Of a stretch of DNA of 64,000 nucleotides, positions 35,071 to 49,000 are shown in pieces. A program made the translations under genes and the position numbers. The notes beneath the pieces are model-generated. The model was given only the letters and a program-made list of their open reading frames with translations. It did not search any database and had not been told where the DNA came from. Source of the stretch: Raillietiella orientalis (Eukaryota); contig JAYWIR010000054.1 in NCBI GenBank assembly GCA_036172245.1, positions 682,001 through 746,000 on the forward strand. Direction: 5' to 3'. Every line of letters begins with the position of its first letter. The first letter of the stretch is position 1.

Positions 35071-38000
35071 AGACTAGGCACACATTTATTTTACTTATTA
35101 ATAAAGTTTGTTGCTGATCGATTGTGGCACCAGTAGGCAGTCAGGAATGAAGAGGAAGATGCGAGTTGAAGCAGGGGATGTCAAGAAGAGTGAAAAGCAA
35201 AAACATGAATTCTAAAAAACCGTGTGTCCTGGGTGTATATCTCTTGTTCGTCCCTGATGCTGGAATTGTGGATTTCCAAGATCTCTACCTTAAGAAGGAA
35301 TACTGCTTATAACGGTAACGGGAGTCTTTGCGGAATGACGAAAGGGAGGCAGACTTGTAGACTCTGAAGATCGACTGAGGTCGGAAGGTCGAACCTTTAG
35401 GTTACAAAGGAGGTCTTCCGATAGATGTCTCCTAGTTATTGGCACGCAAATGCCAGAGACCTCTCAGCAATTATTGAAGCAGTGGTGGCATCTCAAATTT
35501 GTAGCTCATGTGATAAGCATGGTTGAAAGTTGCATGTAGTGCCAGAAATTCCTTATGTTGGAAGCTGAATTCTTTCCGCTTTCGTGTGGGAGTTTCCATT
35601 TCTTTCACTTGTCCACATGTGTTTTCCGCTTTAGTGTTTGTTGCTGTCACGTACCCCGTGGCGCTTCCGTTGCGAGCACCTGGACGTACTTCTCCTGTAG
35701 AGTGCCCCCTTCTAGGAAGCTCTCACGGGAGGACACCTCCTTGCTTCTGAGGCTTGCTCTTCAAGATGGCGCACGGCTCGCGGACGGAAAGGAGTCATTG
35801 CGCCATTCGGCCTTTTCCCCGGCCTCTTCCAGTTTTCTCTGGTCTCGGGATGTGCTACCACCTGAGCAGAGCTTATCCATCGTCGAGATATGGGCACGTG
35901 TCCTGCAAACGTGTCTTTTCCTTCGCTTTCTGGTCTTCCAGGGAGGACCCGTCTGGGAGGCGGATTCTGAATCCCTTCAGAGGTGGGAGGCCCTCAAGGA
36001 CGAGCTTGGAGGCAGCGGCTACTTCCACGGGGGCAAGCGGTGCACACGGGACATAAGGAGCCCAGTGCACCGACCGCGTCCGTTTCAGTCACCTCTCCCC
36101 TCTTCCCGTGCGTCGTTCCAGCAACGGAACTCGCAACAGGAAGGCGAGTTTCCAACAATTTGGAGAGTGGGGAGTTCTGGAGTCTGGGGTGCGGTGCGCG
36201 GATGGGGCTGGGCGGAGAGGACTGGAATTCTTTCTTTTCCTGATCAGGGACAGAGGACCTGCTCGCCTTCTCTGGAGCACCCGAACTGCCTGCTCCATGG
36301 GACGTGCGCGGGTGCAGGAAGGAGCTCCCAAGAGGGCGGGCTTTCCGCTCGCTCTGGAGCGTATCTTGTTTCCTGGGAGTCTGCCTTCTGGGTTGTCAGG
36401 GTTTTCCTAGTTTCTTGGCGCGGAAAGAGGGAGCGGCGCTTGGCAATATTCCCGCCATCCCCTTCTGCAACATCTTAGAAACTCCTTCACACGATGGGGC
36501 TGGTCCTTTCGACCACCCTGCAAAAAGTGGTATGTTCTCCTGCCCGTAATAAAGGGTCTCGAAGGTCACTGGGGTTGTTGCCGCCTGGCTGCGTTGGTGG
36601 AGCCCATTGAGGGCTGGCTATCCCGAAACCAAGGAACGCACTTATTCCTCCCACTTATTCCAGAGACAGGCCCTCCGAATCGCTATGAGGTCTGTCGACT
36701 CCACCCTTATTTATTTATCCACTCCTCCCTACTCACGCTCTCTTCCTCCTCAGTTCTCCTCCCGATGAAGTTTGACCTTTTCCGTTTTGAGCAGGCCCGT
36801 ACACACTGCACCACGTTTTCTCATTTATTTTAAACAAATGGTTTAGCAATCCGGGATAAGAAGGTCACGTGGAGGAGACTCGTTGAAATCGGGACAAGAG
36901 AAGAAGGTCGGACACTGGGTCCTGCGCGATGCCTAGAGCCAAGAAGGTCCGACAAGGCGCCATCTCGTTACCCTTGCCAAAATAGTGATGGGTGTCCGCT
37001 TCGCCGCCCCCAACAGCAGAGCTTAGAGCGTTGCTGCCATGCCTCTTTGGACCCAAGACGCTGTCGCAGCCCCTCCCGCAGGAGGACCCACGAAAAAACG
37101 CTCTTCAGCGAGTCCCTCGGAGCGTCCTCCAGTTGCAGAAGGGCTTTAGCGAAGAGCGCCCACTCTAGCGCAGAAGCCAGAGGAGTTTACTGACGCCAGT
37201 CGAAAAGACACAATGCCTTCGCCGAGGGTGCTTGGTACGGTCCCCCCGCCACTGCTCGGTTGCCTCCCGCGTAAGCGGCGTTTCTCTTCTGAGCGCTGAA
37301 GATTCCTTATCGGCTTGGTTGGGCAGACCATCCTGCGTTGCTTGGAGCCCACATCGTGAAACCGCAGCTCATGCTGCAGAAGGCATATGTCCTCCTGCAC
37401 TTCCCCATTGATGATGATCGTGTGCTCGCTGTAGTGGGACGGGCTAAGGTGCGCTAGAGGACCTCACTCGGGAGGCAGAGTGTGATTGACACGGAGTTGC
37501 TCGAGATACCAACATACCTACAGCTTTCTCGGTAGCATTCCCGCTACTGGACTTTACATCCATCACCGAACGCGACAGCAACACATCTTTCAGTTTTCCA
37601 TCTCCTAGCAACAACGTGGGGCTGCACGCGTTCCCAAAGCTTCGGGAGCACCACTCACTTGCTGGTCGGCTGCCAACCGAGGTCTTTATCGGGTCGAGCA
37701 CTGTCCCCCCGATAGCCTCAGACTGAAGGCAATGAGAGAGAGCGGCAGCAGCCTGCTCGGAGATGCCCCTGTGGCAGGAGGCTGTCAGTTGCACCTAAGT
37801 GAACCGCTTGAGCACAGCACCTGGAGATGACCTCTGCGTTCCTCAAGATCTCCGTCTCTGGGCGTGTCCGTTGGCGGCGAACGGCACCTCAGATGCGATT
37901 CCAGGTATCGGCGAATGTCGATCTCCCTCACCACAGTGGCACAGTTCTCAGGGACGCCCACCTCGCCCTTTTTGATAGAGCATTGCGCGGGACGGAGCTG

Positions 38001-38572
38001 AGTCGCCGACTGCAGCCACCTGAGCAGGAAAGCGGAACTCTCCGCGCAAACTGGGGCGGACCAGTAACGCGGGGGAGATGTCCAGTGGGTCTTCCCGGCG
38101 TAGTGTTACTCTGGAATGGGCTTCCGAAGTCTCGGAGTCGGTCAGCAGGCGTGTCGACCGAATAGTCTTCAAGGAAACTCCAGAGTGCGTTCCGCGAATC
38201 CCCTGCGACGGAGGTCGCAGGCGGAGGCTGAGAAGGAGACTTCCGTAAAGCACGCATTCCAGCAAAGAATCTCAAGCGAATCTCCTCTTTGGATCAGCGT
38301 TTCGCTCGCGTGCAACGAATAAACGCAGTGCAGTTTAGAAATGCTACAGGGCGAGCCACTGGAAACCGGCCTTGCTCAAGTACGGCAACACGATGTGACG
38401 TCAAGGCGAGCAATCGGCATAGCTGTCTGCAATGCAATCCAAAAATGGAAAGTGAACGGCTTGAAAACCGTCCCTCTCCAAGCACTGAAGTCTCTCCTTG
38501 TTCCCCTTTCCTCACCCTATGCGTGGGCACCCTCCCTTTGGTCGCAAGGCCGGGTTTGAGGAGGGCCGGTGT

Positions 38573-38757
38573 GAAGCCGCCCACCGTGTATTTTTAGGTC
38601 GCATTGTTGGATGACATGCTAATCGTGCACGCTGACGTCACGCCGCGGAGCCGGACTCGAGGCGGCCCGATCGGAAGCCGCTCACAGTGTATTTTTAGAT
38701 CGCATTGTTGGATGACATGCTGATCGTGCACGCTGACGTCACGCCGCGGAGCCGGAC
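38573..38757. repeat. Direct repeat, ~84-bp unit with a 101-bp period
   Basis: GTGTATTTTTAG.TCGCATTGTTGGATGACATGCT.ATCGTGCACGCTGACGTCACGCCGCGGAGCCGGAC at 38586 and 38687. Confidence 0.95.
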
Positions 38758-41700
38758 GCGAATTGGGCTGGTTTCAAATGGCTCGCCTTGCTACTTTGCA
38801 CCTGGGCAGTATCGTAGCTCATGAGATTCATCTTCTATAAAAAATGGAAAAAACATGAAGCGAATTATTGAATACATAAATGTAAGGCAGCTTTAATTTC
38901 GAACGATTGAATAAGTGAGTGGTATTAGATTAGTGCAACACAGATCCTTCTCTTTGCTGCCATCGTGATAGATGGTGTTTACATTGCGTGCTGTTGATCA
39001 ACTGGGATCTGTTGATTTTGTGGACCACATACTCTGGAAATGGACCCTCTTTTTCTATCTGCTGATGCCGTGAACCCATGAGCAGATGGTATCATTGCCA
39101 CTTGCATCTCCTGTGAAAATGTGGAAGATTCTCTTGGCACTCCTTAATCGGGAAGCTCATTGCACCGCCGTTCCGTTTCATGTAAGGGAACGCTGCCCAG
39201 TATGCTTTCAGGGCAGCGCTATCTTAAAGAAAGGTGGATTTGGGGAATAAGAATTTTGATGATGAGAAAGATGAATGCTTGCAACTTGCGGAAGTCGAAA
39301 ATCCTTATTGTGTTTCTGAGAACAGTGGACAATCAGGAACTCAAGAAATGCTGCATACCAAGGATACAACTGCATGTTGTCACATTCTGGAACTCTGTTT
39401 GCCATGCACGATTTGTCTGGGATTTCGATAAGCGACCAAGTTTAAAGTGTCCTCTCAAGAATCGTTGGAGGCATCGGCATCATCCAATGAATCTAAAAAA
39501 CTATCTCAAGGATTATCTTTGAATACCAAAAAGCATATTGATCTTCCGTGTCTAGAGCAACTTTGTGCTGCACGTGGCTACTCCCTAGAGATAGAACTGA
39601 TGCAGCCTTAGGTGCCACAAGACGCCTTTCCGTTTTGCGGGTCCCAAAGCTCTGAGCTTCAGATTCTGTTTTTTACCATAATTCTCAATTACTGGCTCAG
39701 CTGACAGCCGCATATTGGGACGACAATCCAGTTGAAAAGGGCAAAAAGCCGTGGCCTTTACTGGAGCACCAACACAAAGCAATACTCCCTATCCGCGTGA
39801 GACATGAGGTTTAGGAGGACAGACTTGCGATTGGGGCTGCCCAAGGCTTGGAGAGGTGCGGTTCTTCGCGAGCGGAAACCTTCAGAGACGTAGCTCGGCC
39901 TCCAGGCATTCTGCTAAGGTGCCTCATCCTACCCGTCAGCGAACGTTGAGAAAATCCTTATTGTGTTTCTGAGAACAGTGGACAATCAGGAGCTCGTTAA
40001 GAAAGTGAGCACGAGATCGGAGATGTTGAATTCTGAGGGTCATGGAATAAGAGAGAGAATAAGAGCGGAGAAGACCACTTCCCACATCGTTGCAAGCTAG
40101 AAGTGATCTTTTCCTCTCTTTCGCGACGGCGCGGGCTTCATCCGAATCGGAAGACAAAAGCGAAATGCGGACACCAGGGTGGAGGAGAAGAGGTTTCGAT
40201 CGACAGCAGCAGGATCTTCATTAAAGAGTCGCGACGACATCGGTCTGAGCGGGGATGCAGCAAGAAAACAGCACCAGGGGAGAGCGAGCTGCCCCCCCTG
40301 GTGCTGTTTTGGTGGTGTCTTACAAGCTACCAATCGCAGGAGTTTTATGTACACATCTCAATGGGTCAGTCCCTTTTGTCGGTCGACGCGCTCTGGGAGC
40401 ATTCAGAGAAGCACGCGAACGTAGACACGGAGCGAAGCGGCGCAAGACCTGCAGCAGGCGCGAAGGCGGTCTGTAGTTAGTAGCGGTCGGAAGAAATCAG
40501 AGATTTGAAATGACCTCACACACCTGGAAACCAATAGAAGACCGGAGCGAATCTAAGGGTTTTATCACGAAGCTAGCTCCCGGCACTTGGTGCTCTGGTG
40601 CCTAATGCGATCTCCCTGCAGATCCTCTTTTCTCTGACACCTCGGAGAGTGGAAAAGGGAGAGAAAGAACAGTTGCAGATGACGTCCTGTCGCTCTTGAA
40701 GGAGTTCCACAGATCACTCTGGAAGCCGCCGTTTCGCGCAGGAGGGAATCCTCTGGAGAGGGAAGCGCTGATAGGTTGGTTGGTTTGGTTTCTGGTAGCC
40801 ATCTTCAGGGTGGGTCCACGCGTCCATCTCTCGGTGGCTTGCAGTCCGCAGATTCTGGGAGTTCGATACACACCCTGCCCTTTCATGGCGTGAACGCTGT
40901 GCCAAGATAGGGACACCCTTGTGTCCACCTAGGCCGAGTCCTTCGCCGGCCGAACCTTGGGCTCTCGCCGAAGATGGCCACTGCTGCCGGGTAGGTTAGT
41001 CTGGAGAAGTTCTAGTCTAGCCTAGACTGGCGGCTTTGTGCAGAAGGGTCTCCTCCCGGTTCGAACTTTGGTAAGGATGGACTGGGGTGGGCCCGCGGAG
41101 TCTCCTGCGATCGGTGAGGAAGGGTGTTCGGTCTGCCAGCTTTTTCATTCTCACGATGTGGAGCTTTGGGACCGAAAGTTCGGAGGTGGCGAGCAGATCC
41201 GGCCCTGACTCGTCGCCATCAGATTTTACCCCAGAGGAGAGGCAGATGATCCAGGCAGACTCTTTCCGGCCTAGCCGTCCCTGATGTACAGATGCCCATT
41301 CCCTTTGGGGTTGGTTTCATGCAAAGAACTCTCTGCAAAGCACCACTGTATCCCCTCCGCAGCACACGACTCCCTCTCTATTCATCCGCAAAATTACCCC
41401 TACGGCTATTTCAGAACGCTTGAGGATCGGCAGGCGGGAGCGGATGACGTCACGAGCGAGGTTGATCTCCTGAGATCGAAGTGCGCACGCCTCCCTCAGC
41501 CTTGAAACGAGAGCGAAGCCGCAGATTGGAATTCGCTCTGACGACACGAAACACTCCAACGTCCGACCTCCGTTTCCCAGAGTTTCGGTCAGATGTCGGA
41601 GAGGGGTGAACCGACTGCTTTGGAAGGCGAACGAGCCTCGCTCGGCCCCTAGGGGCTAGTCGGAAGGTGGTTCACAAAGGCGCAAGTCAGGTCGTTAAGT

Positions 41701-43070
41701 CCCTGGCAAGGCAGACGACCTCTCGGCTACCGCAACGAGGCGTGCTCGCTACGTGTCCCTCGCCGATCCCACCGATCGCAGTCGCGCCTCTTGGGTCAAA
41801 GTGGTGCTAGACTGCGTGCAAGAAATCCGCTGCCGGTGACTGACTAAGACCGGGACGTTCCCACGCCGCGCGGTGTGGCCGCCGAATTCCGCCCGGCACG
41901 TGATCCAGAAAATCATTTCGGAGCGCCTGCGCCCGCGGTTGCTGTCCACGAAGAGGTACTGTTGTTTCGATGCATTGCTTCCGTTGCTTCTGCTTTGTAC
42001 GTGCGCGAGTGCGTGTTGGTTCCCGCAAAAGGGAAGTCACGCGGGGGTACTGCGCTCCAGTGGGGAAAAGTTCAGATCGACGATCACTGGTCCCGCACTT
42101 TCTGAACCCCGGTTCGCCTTCCCGAAAGCCATACCGAAACCTCTCGAGAGCCCCACTAGTCGAGTCGCCGCGGAGCATTCCATAGGTAAAGGGTTAGTCG
42201 TGAAGAAAATAAATAAATAAATAATAAACCTGAGAAGTCTCTGAGGAGCCGGGAGTATTTCAGGAGTCAACCTCCCCACCGACCTCACCAGAGACGTTTT
42301 CAAGGTCGGCAAGCTATCCAGAGTTGGACGATTTCAGTTAAGAGGGAAGGAAAACAAGGAAAGGGAGGGGGGAAATGGACTGAAAAACCGCGCTAAAGAG
42401 CTCCAGGAACTGCTGAGATAGGCACCAGAGGCGTTAGTTGCAGGATCATTTCCACGGGCCACGTGTTACGCGTTGGCGCAGGCAAAAGTTTTTGCGATTC
42501 GAAAACCAAATGCGGTTCACGAGGGCTGAGTCTCCGTGCTGTCGATTAGCAATTGTTTGGCAGCAGCTCGGGATGCTGGGAATAGAGAGTCTCTCTCTCT
42601 CTCTGTTTCCCTGTTCGAATGCCGTGGGGTTTCTCAGCAGCTCTTCATGAATGCTAATTTGAAATTAGGGACCATGTATGGATGGCAGGGCATTTCCGTA
42701 ACCAAGGTAGTGTTCGCGATCTCAAATACTTCGCTCGGAATACTTAGAGAGACATGGATAAAAATAGCCTCGAGAACGTCAACAATGCCACATTCTCCGA
42801 CTCGTTCTGGGAAGAAAGCATCTATTCGGAAAGGCAACAATGTTTCATTCTTTAATTCGTTGCGATTTGGCTCGCGCGAACCAATGAGATTCCCTGTCTC
42901 GGACTCACGAAAATGGTCTCAACTGACGAGGGCTCATGACATCCACGCGGCATCAACGCTGTCGTCCTGCGGACAGCGACAGGCGGATTAAGGATGATGC
43001 GAATGTTCCCAAAATGAGGAAGGTACTGATGTTAGACTTTGCAGGCACTCCTCCGACGCGGGCTATAGAA

Positions 43071-46000
43071 ATGGGGAAGAAATCCTCCCACGTGTGCAAC
43101 CTCCTCCTGATTGTGCTGTGCTTCTCCATCCTGTGGCTCCTCATCCTCAATCTGAAAGCTCCTACGCTTCACGACAACGATCTCGAGGAAGAGATCATCA
43201 GAGTCTTGAGGAAGCAGCGCAGCCTTTTCCGAGACGTTGTCAAGCAGGTGCATCTGGAGCGCGAGGCTGCTAACAGAGTGGACCTCACGACCCATGCCGG
43301 GGACAAGAAGGCAGTGCAGCGCGAACACGGAGCCGTCCTGAGTCCACCGAACGCGGACAACAACTACGGCGCCAACGGCGAACCCGTGCACATACAGGAC
43401 AAAGATTTGACGGCAGAGCAGCGGCAGCACAAGGACACTCTCCACGAAGCTTACAAGTTCAACGCGTACGTGAGCGAGATGATATCTCTGCGCCGCTCCC
43501 TGCCTGACTTCAGAGATGAAATGTAAGTCACGAGATGAGTACCCAGATCAAATGCTGTGAGCATGCGGCTCAGAGAAGCACTGGTGAGAACTTATCGTCT
43601 TCGGGAACCGAGTCTGTGACATTATCCCCTGACCTTTCTTAATCCTTATTCCGCGGGAGAGGGTTGGGACGTAAGCTCCATCCGGTCGCAGCTCTAGAGC
43701 CGCTTCGATCTTCCTGTAAGTCCCGCGTAGTAGACGCGCAGCGAAGCCCTCGTTTTTTCTCTCCCCGAAACTGGCGGCTCCAGTCGGTCTCGTTCTTCCC
43801 CCGTACCCGTTTGGCTGCACCCTAGCGGGAAGACTTCTGCGCACCTCCGCGGATTCACCAGGCCAGCAGTCCATCCGTGTGCAGTATACAAGCAGAAGAC
43901 CTGAAAGGGACCGCGCGCTTGCTCTGTAAAACCTCACGGACTCGTCCTCCGATGTTGCTGGCTCTGTTGGCACCAGAAAGCGACGTAGGGTTCCTCTTTT
44001 TGTCCTCTTACGCATCTCGATAAGAGAACTGGACGGGCGGGTGAGAGAACCCTGGAGCACGCAAGCACTCATCCAAGATGGGAACCACCTAAGAGACAGG
44101 AACGTGTGCGAGCAGAAGGAGGATAAGAGGAGGAATCGGCAAGATCGAGGCAGCTCTTTGGAGAACGGAGGTGGGCAAGCAGTACGGTGGCGTGGGTGGG
44201 CGGAGGGACTCGGATTTTGGGTCCGTCGGTAGCGCAGTCGTTGGACTCTTTCATTTTTTTCGGAACAGGTCATTCGCTGCGTGCTCCGTTGCCATAGAGT
44301 CCGGCGTCGCGATCCGGCGAATAATGATCCGCGGTTCCTTCCTCATCCCAAGGGCACTGATGCGTGTGCTTTGTCTTGCTTGCCGTAGCCGCCGCTGAAA
44401 GACACTGCGCGCACTCTCCGGATTCAGGAAATCAATTTCGCAGTCTGAGGAAGATGTGTGAAGGAGGAAGGCGGAAGAGAGTTCTGGACCAAAAGGTTCC
44501 CAGGACGGTTGTTGCGTGAGTCCATCCTGGAAAAACAAACAAACAAACAAGGGCAACAGTAGATCTCACTCGCTCCTCAGAGTGTCCCGCTTTGCGTACG
44601 CTTCCGGGACCGAGCCAAACTTCCTCCTTCTTTCCCCATCTTTGCAGCGTCCGGCTAGCGCTGCTGGAAACCACTTCGCCCAGAGCGAAGAAGCGGGAGG
44701 AGGGCACGCCACAGGGGATACAGGCGTCCGCTAATCGCGCGCGTGTGCTCATCTCTCCCTCATCCTCTGAGCTGCCTCGCTCTTCGCTTCCTCCTGAACT
44801 TCAGTTCGGGGCTCTTCTTTCGAAGGGAGGGGACCCCTCGTCTCTGAGGTGAGGGGGAGGTAAACGCCCCGAACACCTGGCGGCGCATAACCCGGCAGTG
44901 GATGAGCAACGCTTCCGCCTGCCTGGGTCGGTTGGCCCCGTGAATCGAAGATCCTTTGCTTACCCGCAGCCTCCGGACCGGAATCGCCGCCTCGCGCGAC
45001 TCACTCCCCCACTGCCCTCCCTTTCCTTTCCGCCGCCAGCCTGGAGTCCGCTTAGTGCGTCCTCACCCCGCTCCAAGGAACTTTGGTTCCCCATCCCAAG
45101 CTCCGACGAGCAGGCGCGACCCTTTCCGGTGACTTCCGAGAAGAGGAGCCTAGGAGTCACTCTTCTGGGCGAGGCGAGGCGAGGGTCCTTTCCTGGTGTG
45201 TTCTTTGATGGGAAAGGGTACGGAGACCAGGCGGCTGCTGTCGCTGTTCTTTCGGGAAGAATTCTCTTACTACTATGACCGATGATTCTACTACTCACGA
45301 TCAAGATAATTATACAACTACTACTACTGGTACGAATTCTGTTCTTGCTGCTACTACGACTGATGATTCCAATTCCATTACTACTGGTACTACTGATAGG
45401 AATACTGTTACTGATGCTACTCTTGATCCTGCCCCTGCTGCTGGTACTTTTAAGGTTCCCTGCTCTATTGTTAGTGCTGCTATTGCTGCTGCTGGGACTG
45501 ACTCTGCTACTGTTAATACCTTTGTTACTACTACTACTGGTACTAATTCTGTTCCTTTTGCTACTGCTATTACTGATACTAATTCTGGTCACTTCTACTG
45601 CTAAGGACTACGAATTCAAATTCTATTTCCAATTTTACTACTACTATTGTTAGTGCCATTACGAATACTACTGCCGCCACTGCTGCTGCCTTTTCTACTA
45701 CTGCTGCTACTAGTAGTGATAGTAGCACTACTACGACTGATACAATTCTGTTACTGATGCTGATACAATTAGCACTGCTGCTGCCAATAACAGTACTGCT
45801 ATACTACTTGCCATCCTTACTACTAATGCTACTACTATTTCGACTATTGATGCTGATTCGAATACAAGTAGCGATATTATTGCTACTCTTACTGCTGCTG
45901 CTGCTGCCAGCACTAGTGCGAGCGCCGATATCGATGCCATTTCTGCCTTTTACTGCGTCCGGTGGATATTCAGACCGCCTTCTTGCGGCCGCGAGGTCCT

Positions 46001-49000
46001 TACGGTACCCGCCGAAACGCTGCCTCGTTCTTCCAGATGCAAGACTCCCGGCAGGTACCCTTCGAACTGGACGAAGGCTTCGGTCATTGTCTGCTTCCAC
46101 AACGAGCACCTGGTCACCCTCCTAAGGAGCATCCACTCGATCCTAGATCGCTCCCCCCCGCACCAGCTGGAGGAGGTCATCCTAATCGACGACGCCTCCA
46201 ACATCACCCGGCACCGTAAGAGCGCGGCGCGCTCTCCAAGCGGGCCATGGGCTGGGGGGTAACGCGACCCTCACGTTCGTCGTCCTGCTCAATCAGAACC
46301 GCAGTGTTGACGACCCCCCCCTCTTTCACTTGCCCCCGCCCTCCCCATGGGCTCCAATCCCTCTCGCATGGAGCGTTTCAGCGGAGCTGGGCACTCAGCT
46401 GGAGAATTACGTGTCCTCCCTGAAAAAGGTGACCCTGATGCGGATGCAGCAGCGCCAAGGGCTGATTCGCGCGCGGATAGTCGGGGCCAAGGCGTCCAAG
46501 GCGGACTACCTGATATTCCTGGACTCCCACATCGAATGCACCACAGGTAGCCTGCGGCTAGGGACGTGCCTGCGCAAGCATCTCTTACTTCCTCCGCCCC
46601 GTAGGCTGGATGGAGCCTCTCATCGACTACATGATGAAAAATCCGGAAGCTGCAGTGGCACCCATTATAGCAACTATCAACGACGACACCTTCGCCTTCA
46701 CCTCGGGCAAATGCAAGCACCAGAGCATTGGCGGGTTCAACTGGGGCATGGGCGTGAGTCATTTCGCGGTGCGCGGGTAACCCTGTGGGCTGGCGCGCAG
46801 GTCCCAGCAGGAGTCTCAGGGGGGAGGAAGGAACCCTCAAGAACCGGAGGCTTCCAGCAACGTTCGACTTCTCGAATCCTCTCCCTTCTTTCTCTCTTCC
46901 GTCTCTACTTCCTCCCCTCTACTGCTCATCCTCTGTTTCTCCTTGACTTCCTCCCTTCCTCCTATTCCTTCACTTCCTTCCTTCTTGCTCCACTCCGCCT
47001 TGCTCCTCTTCCTTTTGTTCTCCTGCTCTCCCGCTCTTGAAGTTCCCTGCTCGCTCCAAAGAACAGGGGCGAGCAGATTCTGCGAGACGCATCCAAGCGA
47101 CACGCCTTTTGAGCGAGGCCCACGACTCTCGGCTACAACGCAGGCCGCGAGCGCCTATGCCCGCGACCTGCGTTCCCACCCTCCCATACCCAGCCCGGCG
47201 CGTGGGCGGCGGGTCCGTGGTACAGCGGAACGACTGTTTGCCAAAATCCCCGCCATCCGAAGAATTCTGACGTTTCTCCAGCGACGAGCCGATGGACAGA
47301 AGAAATCGCGAGGAATCCTGAGTTGCCAGCGCAAGCGGAGGAGGCGAAGTCGACCTGTTCCCTACGCGCCAGGGGGGGCAGCAAATCGAGCACTCCCTGG
47401 TCTTTCCTAACTCATCCTTCTTTGTTGCAGTTCGATTGGGTGCCGGTGCCTGACCGGATCTGGAACAGCCTTTCCAACCCCTGTGACCCACTCCCATCGC
47501 CCACGATGGCTGGCGGCCTCTTCGGAATCGGCAAGCGCTTCTTCGAGAAGCTGGGATACTACGACGACAAACTGGACGTCTGGGGAGGAGAGAACCTAGA
47601 GCTGTCCTTCAAGGTGAGCCCACCGCGGGTCACGAGGGAATTCGGACGGCCGGAGATGTCGGACACGACACCCCATGGGGCATCCCGCGACGCAGGCGCG
47701 CGCGACCGCCGTAGGGTAGCCGCGTGACCTCCTCCGCTGTCAGCGTCCCGCATGCGGCAAGAGCCCTCAGGGCCGTCGAACCCATTCCACACATGGCTCA
47801 TTTCCTTTTTGTCTGCTGCTCTCCCTGGAGACTCGGATCCCGCGGTTCAGACGGGATTTGCAGGCCATTTTCCCCGGCGTCACGCATCTCCGTGACGAGA
47901 AGCGCTCCAGGTACCCCGCGAGTTCCAAGATAGCCCGCGACCGCGACGACCATTCGCACGACCGTGACGTCGCGTTCGCCATCGTACCATCAGCGACGAT
48001 ACTGTTTACAACAACGGCAATCACAGGCGGGCCGTCGCTGACGCTCGCACTCACGGCGACCAAGAAGCCGCTCCCGGCAACGATAATGCCGATCGGAACG
48101 ATCGCAACCGCAACACCTCTGGCGCCGGCGCCGACGCTAGCTATCGCTACAGATCACGGTGACGACGACGACAGCGCCGTTGCCGTCGACTGTCGGCGAC
48201 GACGAGGAGGAGATGCGGCGGGACGCGCCCCGCATGGATGCGGGCGGCGCAGCAGCTCTCCCGGGTCACGTGGCTGTCGGCGAGCAGGGGGAATGCCGAG
48301 CACTAAAAGGCTCGCGACCCTGCTTCTCAGCAGCCAATCAGGGGGTTCCTGGGACGTCCGAGGACAGGCGTCACCAAGAGTCCAGGAGTACTGCCTTTCG
48401 GAGGCACCCAGCCCTGCTCGGAGCCGTTGCGCCGAGGAAGTGGCCATCAGCCAGCACGTCTCCTGCACGGAAGGGCGCCCGTCCCCGCGGCGGTCCGCTT
48501 GCAGCGCGGTCACGTCACGCGATCGCGACCGAGGGAGTCGCAGCAAGTGCAGGACTGGAAGGGACTCTTGGCGCGTGACAGGAGGCGTGAAGAGATCGGA
48601 GGGCGAGCCTGGGGCTGCCTGCGGACCGTCCCGCGTCTCCTCTGTGGTGCATGGGGCTGCTGCTCCGCCTGCGACCGTGCGGGCGGCTTCCTTGCCCTTG
48701 GCCCTCGTTGACAGGAGGGCTAAGAGGGAAGCGCAGAGGCAGGCGAGCGCATGCGCCGTGCTAGCCGCCGCGAGTAAGGCCGGTCGCGGACGGGATGTCA
48801 TCGCGCGCGAGCGCCGCCGGGCGTGCTGGCGACTCGGAAGGAATGCCAGAGTACTGTCGTCGCCAGGTGTGGATGTGTGGATCCGGACTGTACCAGATCG
48901 GATGCTCCCACGTGGGTCACGTGTACCGAAAGACCAATCCGTACGCCAAGCAGTCGGCGCTCATCTTTGGGGAGTTCGTGAAGAAGAACTGCTACAGAGT

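Noticed and set aside
44960..46125. Poly-Leu 'membrane protein' and poly-Ser ORFs
   Set aside because: These are translation artefacts of a trinucleotide low-complexity tract.
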